Shown here: in pieces, positions 41,438-50,076 of the stretch
Layout of the letters: every line of letters begins with the position of its first letter
How positions within the stretch are numbered: position 1 is the stretch's first letter
Assembly: GCA_965263035.1 (NCBI GenBank)
Contig: OZ253580.1
Coordinates: 2,656,001-2,720,000 of the forward strand
Reading direction: 5' to 3'
From: Acidobacteriota bacterium
GTDB taxonomy: Bacteria > Acidobacteriota > UBA6911 > RPQK01 > JAJDTT01
Length of the DNA stretch: 64,000 nt
Notes under the pieces: model-generated
What the model was told of the DNA's origin: nothing
The model's database searches: none
Seen by the model: the letters and a program-made list of their open reading frames with translations, nothing else
Program-made: the position numbers and the translations under genes

Positions 41438-41630
41438 TTGAGTCACTTGCCCTTGGGAGCATCGTCGTCTCCGCAAGGCTGGCGACCGTTGTGGCCATCT
41501 CGATTTGTCAGGTTCTCCCTCCAATGGCTCAATACCTTCTTCGTACTTCTCACAAACACCTGCTACACCCAGCTCCCGAAGCGTCCCCAAGTCCTGTTCA
41601 GAAGTTTCGTGACAACTGGCGGTGCTGAGC

Positions 41631-42095
41631 ATGAACGACCTGCAGGTACGGACTGAACGCATCCGGATCGACGCACCGGTCGGTTTGGTCTGGGAGGTTC
41701 TGACAGACGTTGAGAGATACGGTGAGTGGAATCCGTTCACGCCGCAGGCACGGACCGATTTCAGGGTCGGTTCGCACGCTCATCTGCTGGTCAGGATGGG
41801 GCCGGCGGAGGTGCGAATCACCGAGACCGTCTCCGCGTTCGAAGCACCCCGGCTCATTGCTTGGGGAAAGGCATTCGGAGCGCGCTGGCTCCTGGCTGCA
41901 ATGCGGGAGCAGCATCTGGAACCCGCGAGCGAGACGATCTGCTTTTACCACAACACGGACCGATTGACCGGCGTGCTTGCGCCGCTGGTGTTGCTTTGTT
42001 TTGGCGGTTTTATGCGTGCCGGTTTCACCGATGTCGGCGAAGGGTTGAAGCGTCGATCGGAGGCGCTGTACAAGAGCTCGAAGCCGCGTGGGTGA
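41631..42095 (+). CDS. SRPBCC domain protein
   Basis: IRIDAPVGLVWEVLTDVERYGEWNPF...GLKRRSE. Confidence 0.85.
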   Translation: MNDLQVRTERIRIDAPVGLVWEVLTDVERYGEWNPFTPQARTDFRVGSHAHLLVRMGPAEVRITETVSAFEAPRLIAWGKAFGARWLLAAMREQHLEPASETICFYHNTDRLTGVLAPLVLLCFGGFMRAGFTDVGEGLKRRSEALYKSSKPRG

Positions 42096-42192
42096 CGATC
42101 TTCGAGGGAAACGATCGAGTGATCGATGCGCTTGGCGACTTGCAGGCCGCCCTCAAACGCATCGTCAAGTAGGACACCTTCGGAAGTGAAAT

Positions 42193-42269
42193 TGGTGGAG
42201 ACGATGGGATTCGAACCCACGACCTCCTGAGTGCGATTCAGGCGCTCTTCCGAGCTGAGCTACGTCCCC
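42193..42269 (-). tRNA. tRNA-Ala (CGC)
   Basis: GGGGACGTAGCTCAGCTCGGAAGAGCGCCTGAATCGCACTCAGGAGGTCGTGGGTTCGAATCCCATCGTCTCCACCA. Confidence 0.96.
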
Positions 42270-42301
42270 ACCTGAGAGGGGCCTATCTTAACAGAGAACC
42301 T

Positions 42302-42471
42302 CTACAGGAAGTCCGACGCGCAGGGGTAACCGGGAAGCGGTTGGGCCTGGAGGACGGCCCGGACCACTGCCCGGGCGGTGACTTGGGCCGCAAGAGCCCC
42401 GACCAAACCCAGGTCCTGCCCTCGTACCGATTTGGTGGAAAGTGCGAACAGGGTATCGCCGTCCGACGGCA
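42302..42471 (-). pseudogene. Diverged duplicate of the last ~56 codons of the P1/DmpA peptidase gene (43631-43800)
   Basis: Manual alignment gives about 17 mismatches in 170 nt, no indels, mostly synonymous; ends exactly at the 42472 repeat. Confidence 0.9.
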
Positions 42472-42503
42472 CAGGCCGAGAACGAGACTGTCCCCATCTC
42501 GCG
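42472..42503 (+). repeat. 32-bp junction repeat, copy 3
   Basis: Identical to 41044-41075. Confidence 0.9.
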
Positions 42504-42605
42504 CTCCATCGACCAAGTCATCTAGTCCCATGGCCCTCATGCGACGTTGCGGCGGGTGATGGCTTTGCGCAAGCTTTCCAGAAAACCTTCGAGCTTCGCT
42601 TGGTT

Positions 42606-42809
42606 TCATAGCTCAGAATCCTTGATCTGAGCCATCTTCATCAGATGCCTCTGCAAACCACGTTTCAGAGTGCCGCCGTGTACCGGGACCGAGATACGAG
42701 CGGGAATCCCCATCTTCACGTAGATGTGGTGGCTGCGTCTGACTCGTTTCAACTGCCAACCTCGCGACTCGAGCAACCGGCACAATCGCTTGCCGCTGAC
42801 GGCCTTCAC
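42606..42809 (-). CDS. hicA: HicA family toxin
   Basis: GTG start overlapping the hicB stop; KAVSGKRLCRLLESRGWQLKRVRRSHHIY...ISVPVHG..LKRGL. Confidence 0.88.
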   Translation of the reverse strand: MKAVSGKRLCRLLESRGWQLKRVRRSHHIYVKMGIPARISVPVHGGTLKRGLQRHLMKMAQIKDSEL

Positions 42810-43122
42810 ACGGCAATCTCGATGATTTTGTCTGTCTCGGAGACAGGAATATCCTGGATCTCGACAGATAGACACCCCTCGACGGCTTCATAGAGATTAC
42901 CTAGGAGGCTGTCCGAGAACTCGAAAAATCATAGTTTTTTAAAACTTAACCCTTTATAAATCAATAGTTTACAAACAATACTTTTTGAAAATAGTCTATT
43001 CTCGGACAGCCTCCTAGCAGATCTTCAAACGAGTCTCCCTGAGTCGCACACCCTGGGATGGACGGCACTTCCGCCCAGTACCCGCCCTCATCTGCTTCAT
43101 GGATCACGACTTTCAGCTTCAT
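42806..43122 (-). pseudogene. hicB: HicB family antitoxin interrupted by MITE B
   Basis: Removing 42905-43017 restores [67 protein letters not shown] (67 aa). Confidence 0.92.
42905..43013. mobile_element. MITE family B (109 bp, AT-rich core)
   Basis: Perfect 15-bp TIR GAGGCTGTCCGAGAA / TTCTCGGACAGCCTC with CTAG duplication (42901-42904, 43014-43017). Confidence 0.93.
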
Positions 43123-43630
43123 GGTTCCTCCTTGTGTTCCGCACCAGCTCACTGTCAGTCTAGTTTATCTTCCCGCCGGTAAGTACCACAGCTTTGGAAG
43201 TTCATCCCGGATCCCGAACCAAGACGTAATCCGCATCCCGGTGGAGGATCTCGGGTGCCCCTCATAGACCGGCGGAGACTCTCTCGGAGCGGAGCATCTC
43301 TTTTGTGGTCTTTCTCCGGGCATTCCCGCAGGGATATTTGGGACGGGAGCGACCCTCCCATGGAGTGCTGCTCAGATGTAAGTTGCGCAGCACTGCCGTG
43401 CCGATCATGGAGGCGAAAAAGGGGGTCGCTCCCGTCCAGCTCCGCTCTCCCCCGATCGGCACGGCGGGGCCATTCTCACTCCCCTCCAATGGCCTCCCCT
43501 TCCGTGTGTCGGCGGCGGGGAACGATAAGCACACTTCAATCAGGGACCCGATCCCCCACAAGAGATGAGGGGCTGAATTCCTCGTACGCTGTGGCCTTCC
43601 GCTGGTCATTCCGCCGAAAAAGGAGAATCC

Positions 43631-44632
43631 CTACAGGAAGTCCGACGCGCAGGGGTAACCGGGAAGCGGCTCCGCCTGGAGGACCGCTCGGACCACGGCT
43701 CTGGCGGTGACGTGGGCCGCAAGAGCCCCCACCAATCCCAGGTCCTGCCCTGGAACCGATTCGGTGGAAAGGGCGAACAGGGTATCCCCGTCCGCCGGCA
43801 TGTGGACGGGACGGATGGTCCGGGCCAACCCGTCGTGGGCCATCTGAGCGATCTTGGTCAGGCCCGCCTTGTCGAACCCGGCGTTGGTGGCGACCACGCC
43901 CAAGGTCGTGTTCTCGCCCTCGCCCGGGCGCCAGGCTGGAAGTTCCCGTTCCTTCAGGACCGTCATGGTGTCGGCGAATCCGCGCCCGCCCGCGCCGCGG
44001 ACTCCCGCCAGGATTCTGCCCGTTTCCGGATCGATGACGTCGCCGACGGCATTGACCGCTACCAGAGCCGCCACCACCACAGGTCCGACCTGCACGGCCG
44101 CCGAACCCAGGCCCCCCTTCATGGCGCGTTCGTGACCCAGTATCTTGCCCAAGGTGGCCCCGGCTCCCACGCCGGCGTTGCCTTCGGGGACCGGCCCCGT
44201 CCCGGCGTCTCGGCAGGCCCGGTGTCCCAATTCGGGACCCGGGCGGATCGAGGCGTCTCCCAGCGCCAAATCGAAGAGAATGGCCGACGGCACGATGGGG
44301 ACTCTGGCCACCGACGTCCGATAGCCCACCCCCCGTTCCTCCAGGAAACGGACCACTCCGGAAGCCGCGTCCAGACCGAAAGCGCTGCCGCCGGAGAGCA
44401 CCAGGGCGTGGATGCGCTTCACCGAACGCACCGGGTCCAGCAGGGCGGTTTCACGGGTGCCGGGAGCGGAGCCGCGAATGTCCACTCCGGCCATCACTTC
44501 CCGTTCCGGCAGGACGACGGTGACCCCCGTGGGCCGCCGGGGGTCGACGGCATGCCCGACCCGTATGCCTACGAGGTCGGTCAGGCCGCCCTCGTAGGCG
44601 GCGGATCCTGATGGATACGTTTCGCTGCTCAT
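43631..44632 (-). CDS. P1 family peptidase (DmpA/S58)
   Basis: GIRVGH, RGSAPGTRET, LSGGSAFGL, ENTTLGVVATN and DGDTLF motifs. Confidence 0.9.
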   Translation of the reverse strand: MSSETYPSGSAAYEGGLTDLVGIRVGHAVDPRRPTGVTVVLPEREVMAGVDIRGSAPGTRETALLDPVRSVKRIHALVLSGGSAFGLDAASGVVRFLEERGVGYRTSVARVPIVPSAILFDLALGDASIRPGPELGHRACRDAGTGPVPEGNAGVGAGATLGKILGHERAMKGGLGSAAVQVGPVVVAALVAVNAVGDVIDPETGRILAGVRGAGGRGFADTMTVLKERELPAWRPGEGENTTLGVVATNAGFDKAGLTKIAQMAHDGLARTIRPVHMPADGDTLFALSTESVPGQDLGLVGALAAHVTARAVVRAVLQAEPLPGYPCASDFL

Positions 44633-44659
44633 GCCCGAAGTGGGTGAATGCGGGTCCTG

Positions 44660-45223
44660 AAAAGCAGGGCTGTAAGCCGAATTCTGTACCCTGGCCGCAA
44701 GGCCGGGGCGGCGATCATTCCTCTAGGGGCCGGGTTGCCCCGGCCCTCGGGCGGCCTACCCGCTCCGCCTCCGCCCTGCCCGGGGGCCGGCGAATGAGCC
44801 GGGCCAACTCGTACGGAGCCTATTTGGCCTTGCACCGCGTGGGGTTTACCGTGCCTTCGATGTCACCATCAAAGCGGTGGGCTCTTACCCCACCATTTCA
44901 CCCTTACCCGCAGTCCCGACGACGGAACCGAAGGCGGTATCTTTTCTGTGGCACTTTCCGTAGGGTTACCCCCCCTTCCCGTTAGGAAGCACGCTGCCCT
45001 GAGGTGTTCGGACTTTCCTCCGCCCGGCGTTAGCAGCCCGTGGCAAAAGTCGTCACGGCATTCGACCGTCCCTGCATCGTGCGCGGACTGCGTTGCGACT
45101 CGGTCACATACTCCCGGTATGCTCCCTCATCGTGCCTGGTCCGGCGGGCGCAGAACCGGTCTCGGTGCTCGCGGGACTTTCACCACGGACTGCTAGCCGG
45201 AAGGCGATCGCCCACCCTGCTTC
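44660..45223 (-). ncRNA. rnpB: RNase P RNA, bacterial type A, carrying a MITE insertion in P3
   Basis: Minus strand has GAGGAAAGTCCG, GGAAAGTGCCACAGAAA, GGTAAGGGTGAAA, GGTAAACCCCA and ACAGAATTCGGCTTAC; P1 (AAGCAGGG/CCCTGCTT) and P2 (GGCGATC/GATCGCC) pair across the insert. Confidence 0.95.
45034..45192 (+). mobile_element. MITE family A, copy 4 (inside rnpB)
   Basis: CAGCCCGTGGCAAAAGTC...GACTTTCACCACGGACTG, flanks TTAG/CTAG. Confidence 0.92.
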
Positions 45224-45325
45224 TCAGGCCGACGACATTCTATCACCGGAAGCTCAGGTGGAACCGATTTCACGCGGTCGCCCCGACGTGCCCGCCGGTA
45301 CATATCCCGCGAGACGAGCAAGCGC

Positions 45326-46213
45326 TTACCGAGAGCGAATCAGGCCCCGGCCCACGGCGCCCGCTTCCAGTCCGATGAGCTCGCCGTAGACCCGGCCGAA
45401 CTTGACCTGGGCCTCGAACTTGACGGGAACTCGAAGCGGGTCCCGGGAGTACCAGACCTGCAGCGTCCTCCCCTGGGAGAGGATTCCCCCCTCGACTCGG
45501 AGCCGAACGGTGTCGAAAGCCCCGATCCGGAGTTCGACTTTCTCCCGCTCCTCCACCCGGACCAGAAGCTCCTTGAACTTGCCGCGGTCGGCCAGGTGCG
45601 CACGGTACCGGCTCGCGTCCTCCAGCCGCTGGAGCCTGACCACGTAGACGGCCGAGATCAGGTCGGTGACCGGCCCCGGAATCCCATCTGAGGTGCGGTT
45701 GTGAAGCTCCCGCGGCGGATCCCTGGACACATCCAGATCGCGGTAGAGCGCGATGTTCCTGCGGTAGTCGAAGACGGAGAGCAGATCGCGCCTGCGTTTC
45801 CCTTCGCGGTGCTTTCGGAAGATCCGATAGGAATGGAAATTCCGGGCGTCGACAATGGACTCGAAACGATTTCGCACCGAAATCTTGGCGACTTTCGCCA
45901 GCCTGCCTGCCGAGACGGCCTCCATGGTAATGGTCCAGGCCGGCCTCTTGCGATACCGGGAACGCTTCACGGTGAAGGCCAACTCTCCGGCCTTGAAAGC
46001 CGGAGAGGCGAACAGGGGCTTCCAGTTGACCTCGTATCGCAGCTTCTCTCCGGCCTGGAAGGGAGCTCTGTAGGGAGTGCTTCCATCCAGTAGAGGTCGC
46101 GCCGTCTCGGACCCGGCCGGAAGCGAGAAACAAAAAAAAGCGGTCGTGAGTGGGACGAGAACGGCCCGCAAACGGCTTACCCACTGCCAGGGGGCGAGCA
46201 TTCCGCGCCTCAT
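45326..46213 (-). CDS. DUF3108 domain protein
   Basis: PFQAGEKLRYEVNW...DLISAVY...WYSRDPLRVPVK pattern; signal peptide. Confidence 0.75.
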   Translation of the reverse strand: MRRGMLAPWQWVSRLRAVLVPLTTAFFCFSLPAGSETARPLLDGSTPYRAPFQAGEKLRYEVNWKPLFASPAFKAGELAFTVKRSRYRKRPAWTITMEAVSAGRLAKVAKISVRNRFESIVDARNFHSYRIFRKHREGKRRRDLLSVFDYRRNIALYRDLDVSRDPPRELHNRTSDGIPGPVTDLISAVYVVRLQRLEDASRYRAHLADRGKFKELLVRVEEREKVELRIGAFDTVRLRVEGGILSQGRTLQVWYSRDPLRVPVKFEAQVKFGRVYGELIGLEAGAVGRGLIRSR

Positions 46214-46749
46214 CCCATTTTCCAGACGAAAATGATTCCGGCCAGGACCACCGAAATGAGGAAACGGTACTCCCGGTTCCTGAGAAAGAGCTTCCATTGG
46301 AAACGAGTGGTTGTTTCGCTTCCGGCAGCGGTCGGGCCCGGGAACCGAACCGGACAGAATCTGGGTACGCTGGCGGCATAGGCAGCGTAGTCGTCCCGAT
46401 AGTGACTGAGCATTTCCCGCTCTTCACGGAGCATCACCGGCCAATAGATGCCCGGAAACAAGACGAGATAGACCATGAGCAACCACAGCTTCCCCGCCGC
46501 CACGGTGAAACCCAGCCCGGCCAGAAACGATCCCAGATAGAGCGGATTCCGTGTCAGGCGGTAGGGCCCCGCTCGGGCCAGTCCCCGCCACTTGTCAAGG
46601 TGCCCCGAGGCCCAGAGGCGGACGCAGGCGCCCAGCGCCGCCACCGGCATCCCGAACCAGAACAGGTGCGGATGCGGCTGGGCGAACACAAAAAGGAGGA
46701 GCCCGAAGGCGAGTCCGACGGGAACCCGGATCCTCTGAACCAGGGTCAT
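46210..46749 (-). CDS. Isoprenylcysteine carboxyl methyltransferase/PEMT family membrane protein
   Basis: GPYRLTRNPLYLGS...EEREM...Y..Y...VPRF. Confidence 0.85.
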   Translation of the reverse strand: MTLVQRIRVPVGLAFGLLLFVFAQPHPHLFWFGMPVAALGACVRLWASGHLDKWRGLARAGPYRLTRNPLYLGSFLAGLGFTVAAGKLWLLMVYLVLFPGIYWPVMLREEREMLSHYRDDYAAYAASVPRFCPVRFPGPTAAGSETTTRFQWKLFLRNREYRFLISVVLAGIIFVWKMG

Positions 46750-47858
46750 AGGGGCGCCGGCCCTTTCACCGCCGCCGACAACCGCCGCCGGACGGCCCGG
46801 AAGACCTGTTCCACGGAAATGTTCATGCAGATGAACTCTCCGCAGCTCCGCTTGTTGCAGTCCGAGCAGTAGAGGTAGCGCTTGACGATCCGATCCTCCG
46901 GGTGAAAGGGTCCGTTGCGCCGGGCGATGGAGGGACCCATCACCGCCACCGCCGGGGTTCCCAACGCCACGGCCAGATGAAGGGGACCCGTGTCTCCCGC
47001 CACCATCAGGCGGGAGCGCCGGCAGAGCGCCGCCAGTTCCAGGATCGTGGTGGGAAAGCTGACCACGGAGCCGGGCCGGGAACAATCCCGGATCTCCCGG
47101 ACCAGACCCTCCTCTCCCGGACCGTAGGTGAAGAGCACAGGAAGATTCAGGCGCCGCCGGATCTCTGAGCCCAGGCGGGAGAACTTGCGGGCGGGCCAGA
47201 GCTTGGTGGGCCACCCGGCGCCCGGATTCAACAGGACCGGCCGGCTGCCTCCAACCGCCTGAAGCCGATGGTCGACGTATTGCTCCGCCTCGGAGGGGAT
47301 TCGAAAAGGCACCCTGGCCGTGGGCTCCCCGGCGCACCCCAACGACCCCGCCAGCTCCAGGTTCAGATCGATGACGTGGCCATTTCCGCTGGTCCTGACG
47401 CTGTCGGTATAGAAGCCGGCCGCCGCCGGCTCGCGGCATCGTTCCCGGCAGAATCCCATCCGTCTCCCGGCACCGGAGAGACGGGCCAGGAACGCCGACT
47501 TGATCAGGCCCTGGAAGTCCAGCGCCAAGTCGAAGCGCTCCCGCCGCAGCACCCGGATCAGATGGACCAGATCCAGTGCCGTCCGGGGCCGGCGCCGCCA
47601 GCGCTTGGTGTCGGCCGTCCAGATTCGATGGATGCCGGGAACGGTCTCCAGCAGGCCGCGGTAGTGGGGCTCGACCAGCCAGTGAATCTCACAATCGGGG
47701 AAGCGGCGGTGGATCTGCTGTTGGGCCGGCAGGGCGTGAACGATGTCTCCAAGAGCGCCCAGCCGCACGATCAGGATTTTTCCGGGAGAGGTCAAAGCGG
47801 ATAGGGTCCCGGAGACGCCGGACGGAGGCGGCGCCGGTTCCTGCGATCGTGCGTTCAT
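46746..47858 (-). CDS. waaC: Lipopolysaccharide heptosyltransferase I (GT9)
   Basis: ILIVRLGALGDIVH, DFQGLIKSA and GDTGPLHLA motifs; start uncertain. Confidence 0.85.
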   Translation of the reverse strand: MNARSQEPAPPPSGVSGTLSALTSPGKILIVRLGALGDIVHALPAQQQIHRRFPDCEIHWLVEPHYRGLLETVPGIHRIWTADTKRWRRRPRTALDLVHLIRVLRRERFDLALDFQGLIKSAFLARLSGAGRRMGFCRERCREPAAAGFYTDSVRTSGNGHVIDLNLELAGSLGCAGEPTARVPFRIPSEAEQYVDHRLQAVGGSRPVLLNPGAGWPTKLWPARKFSRLGSEIRRRLNLPVLFTYGPGEEGLVREIRDCSRPGSVVSFPTTILELAALCRRSRLMVAGDTGPLHLAVALGTPAVAVMGPSIARRNGPFHPEDRIVKRYLYCSDCNKRSCGEFICMNISVEQVFRAVRRRLSAAVKGPAPL

Positions 47859-47953
47859 GCCGTTCGACAGAGCAGCGAGCCGGGGGACGTGAGAACCGGA
47901 GGAAGAGAAGTTTCGGAGCATAGGACGGGCCCCTCGAAACGGCCCCCATCGTA

Positions 47954-49006
47954 TCACGGGCGTCTCGGAGCCTGATTTTTCGTCAACTGCCGCCGGGCCG
48001 CCCCGTAGACCTCCCCGGAATGAATGCGATCGAAGCAGCGCAGGTCGATGGGGCACTCTCGGAGCAGACAGGGGCTGCACTCCACATGCTTGTGGATGAC
48101 GGCGGCGTTCGGGCTGAAGGGTCCCGTGGCCACTTCGTCCGTGGATCCGAATACCGCCACCAGCGGCACTCCCAGCGCCGCCGACAGATGCATGGGACCC
48201 GAATCGTTTCCCAGAAACAACCGGCATCGGGCCAGCACCCCGATGAGGGTGGAGAGCGAGGTCCGTCCCACCAGGAATCGGGGAGTCCGTTTCATGCTCT
48301 CCCGGACCTGGACCGCAACCGGCGTCTCCGAACCGGAACCCAGGAGCACGACCTCGGCACCCATCTCTTCGATCAGACGATCGGCCACCTCCGCGTAGCG
48401 CTCCGGGAACCATCGCTTGGCGGAACCGAAGGCCGCTCCCGGATTCAGTCCCACCAAGGGCCTGCCGCGGTCGGCGCCCGCCTCGCTGAGCAGGGAGTCG
48501 GCCGACTCCAGTTGCGCCTCGGAGGGGGTGAGGTGGATGTCGGGCCGAAAGGAGGAGTCATTCAGATAGTCGATGGGCGAGACACCTGACTGGAACAGCA
48601 GATCCAGGTAGTAGAAGGTCTGGTGACGGCCCAGACCTCCGGTTCGGGGCCGCACGCCTCGAGTCAGCAGGAGTCGCCGGCCGTCGGTGGTGTAGCCGAT
48701 CCGATTCGGGATGCGCGCCGTCAGCGCCAGCAGCGCCGCTTCGAAAGCGTTCTGGAAAAGGACTGCCGTGTCGAATCCCCGGAGCCGCCGTCCCACCCGG
48801 AAAACTCCCCGCACCCCCAGGGATCGATTCTGGAGCGTGACCACGTGATCCGCCACGCCTTGTCCTTCGAAGATCGGAGCCACCCATTCCCGGGCCAGAA
48901 GAGTCAACCGGGCTCGGGGCTGCAGGCGGCGCAGCTCCCTCAGGGCCGCCAGCGACATGACGGCGTCTCCGATCCAGTTGGTGCAGCGAATCAGGACCTG
49001 TTTCAT
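47954..49006 (-). CDS. waaF: Lipopolysaccharide heptosyltransferase II (GT9)
   Basis: NWIGDAVMS, PGAAFGSAKRW and NDSGPMH motifs. Confidence 0.92.
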   Translation of the reverse strand: MKQVLIRCTNWIGDAVMSLAALRELRRLQPRARLTLLAREWVAPIFEGQGVADHVVTLQNRSLGVRGVFRVGRRLRGFDTAVLFQNAFEAALLALTARIPNRIGYTTDGRRLLLTRGVRPRTGGLGRHQTFYYLDLLFQSGVSPIDYLNDSSFRPDIHLTPSEAQLESADSLLSEAGADRGRPLVGLNPGAAFGSAKRWFPERYAEVADRLIEEMGAEVVLLGSGSETPVAVQVRESMKRTPRFLVGRTSLSTLIGVLARCRLFLGNDSGPMHLSAALGVPLVAVFGSTDEVATGPFSPNAAVIHKHVECSPCLLRECPIDLRCFDRIHSGEVYGAARRQLTKNQAPRRP

Positions 49007-49029
49007 CGCTCCTGCCCGAGTCCCCCGCT

Positions 49030-50070
49030 TCAGTGCGGGTTGGGAAGGCCGGCCACCTCATCCAAGAGAAACTTGCGGTACTCCACCGGGTCTTCGGGCA
49101 GGGCCTCGATCTTCAATACGAAGATCCGTCCGGCGCCGAATTCCAGGGCCTGGAGCCGGACCGCGTCCTTCTCAGTCGTCATCAGCGCCTCCGCTCCATG
49201 TTCATCCACGCTTTCCAGGGCCTGGTCCAGGTCACTCTGGCTGTACGGATGATGATCGGGAAACAGGAGCTGGTCCCGGACGTCCATCTGGTAGTGCTCC
49301 AGGTCCTGCATGAAGAGTCCGGGGTTTCCGATGGCCGCCAGGGCGATGACCCGCCTGCCCATGAAAGCTCGAGTCCGGAATTGTTTCCGGCTCTTCAGAT
49401 CGAAGACGCCGACGGCATCATGATAGAAGTAGGAGATGGGCGTCAGTTTGTTGTGTCTCCGGATCACCGCCTCCAGATCGGCGATCTCCCCCACCAGGTG
49501 GGACCGGGTGATGACCACCAGATCGGCACGCCCCATGGCGGCCAGAGGCTCCCGGAGGCGTCCCGCGGGCAGGAGCTTACCGCCGCCGAAAGGATCAGTG
49601 GCATCCACCAGCAGGATATCCAGGTTGCGCTTCAGCCGCAGGTGCTGGAAACCATCATCCAGAATGTGGACGACCCTGTCGCCGGCGTCCTGTTCCACCA
49701 ACGTTCCTGAGCGGTGCCGATCCTTTCCGACCGCGACACGGACTCCGGGAAGCTGACTGGCCAGCAGAAAGGGCTCGTCCCCACTGCTGGCCGCGTCGCA
49801 CAGAACCTTCCTGCCGTCGCTGACCACCAGAGTCGAGTGCTCGGCCTTGCCCCGGTAGCCACGGCTCAGGATGACCGGCTGGTAGCCCGCCGACTTGAGC
49901 ACCCCGGCCAGGTAGGCCACGAAGGGCGTTTTTCCGGTTCCCCCCACCGTCAGGTTCCCGACACTGATGACCGGGTTGCGAAGGCGTCGGCGCGAAATGA
50001 CACCGCGCCGGTAGAGCCACGCTCTGACCCGCATGGCCAAGGAGTAGAGTTGGGAGAGAAGAACCCACAT
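49030..50070 (-). CDS. lpxK: Tetraacyldisaccharide 4'-kinase
   Basis: SVGNLTVGGTGKTP, SRGY, DDGFQH and TTEKD motifs. Confidence 0.95.
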   Translation of the reverse strand: MWVLLSQLYSLAMRVRAWLYRRGVISRRRLRNPVISVGNLTVGGTGKTPFVAYLAGVLKSAGYQPVILSRGYRGKAEHSTLVVSDGRKVLCDAASSGDEPFLLASQLPGVRVAVGKDRHRSGTLVEQDAGDRVVHILDDGFQHLRLKRNLDILLVDATDPFGGGKLLPAGRLREPLAAMGRADLVVITRSHLVGEIADLEAVIRRHNKLTPISYFYHDAVGVFDLKSRKQFRTRAFMGRRVIALAAIGNPGLFMQDLEHYQMDVRDQLLFPDHHPYSQSDLDQALESVDEHGAEALMTTEKDAVRLQALEFGAGRIFVLKIEALPEDPVEYRKFLLDEVAGLPNPH

Positions 50071-50076
50071 TGGCTC

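Larger units (their letters stand above)
37560..43620. mobile_element. Degenerate accessory islet around tRNA-Ala (mosaic of gene fragments and TA remnants; no integrase seen)
   Basis: High density of pseudogenes, repeat-marked junctions, a duplicated gene end, a MITE and locally lower GC; boundaries approximate. Confidence 0.6.

Noticed and set aside
40601-42503. The 32-bp repeats as a CRISPR array or integron attC sites
   Set aside because: Spacing is about 410 and 1400 nt, there are no cas or intI genes, no GTTRRRY cores, and the intervening genes are broken rather than intact cassettes.
43150-43620. Short ORFs between hicB and the peptidase
   Set aside because: No recognisable domain or convincing SD/start.
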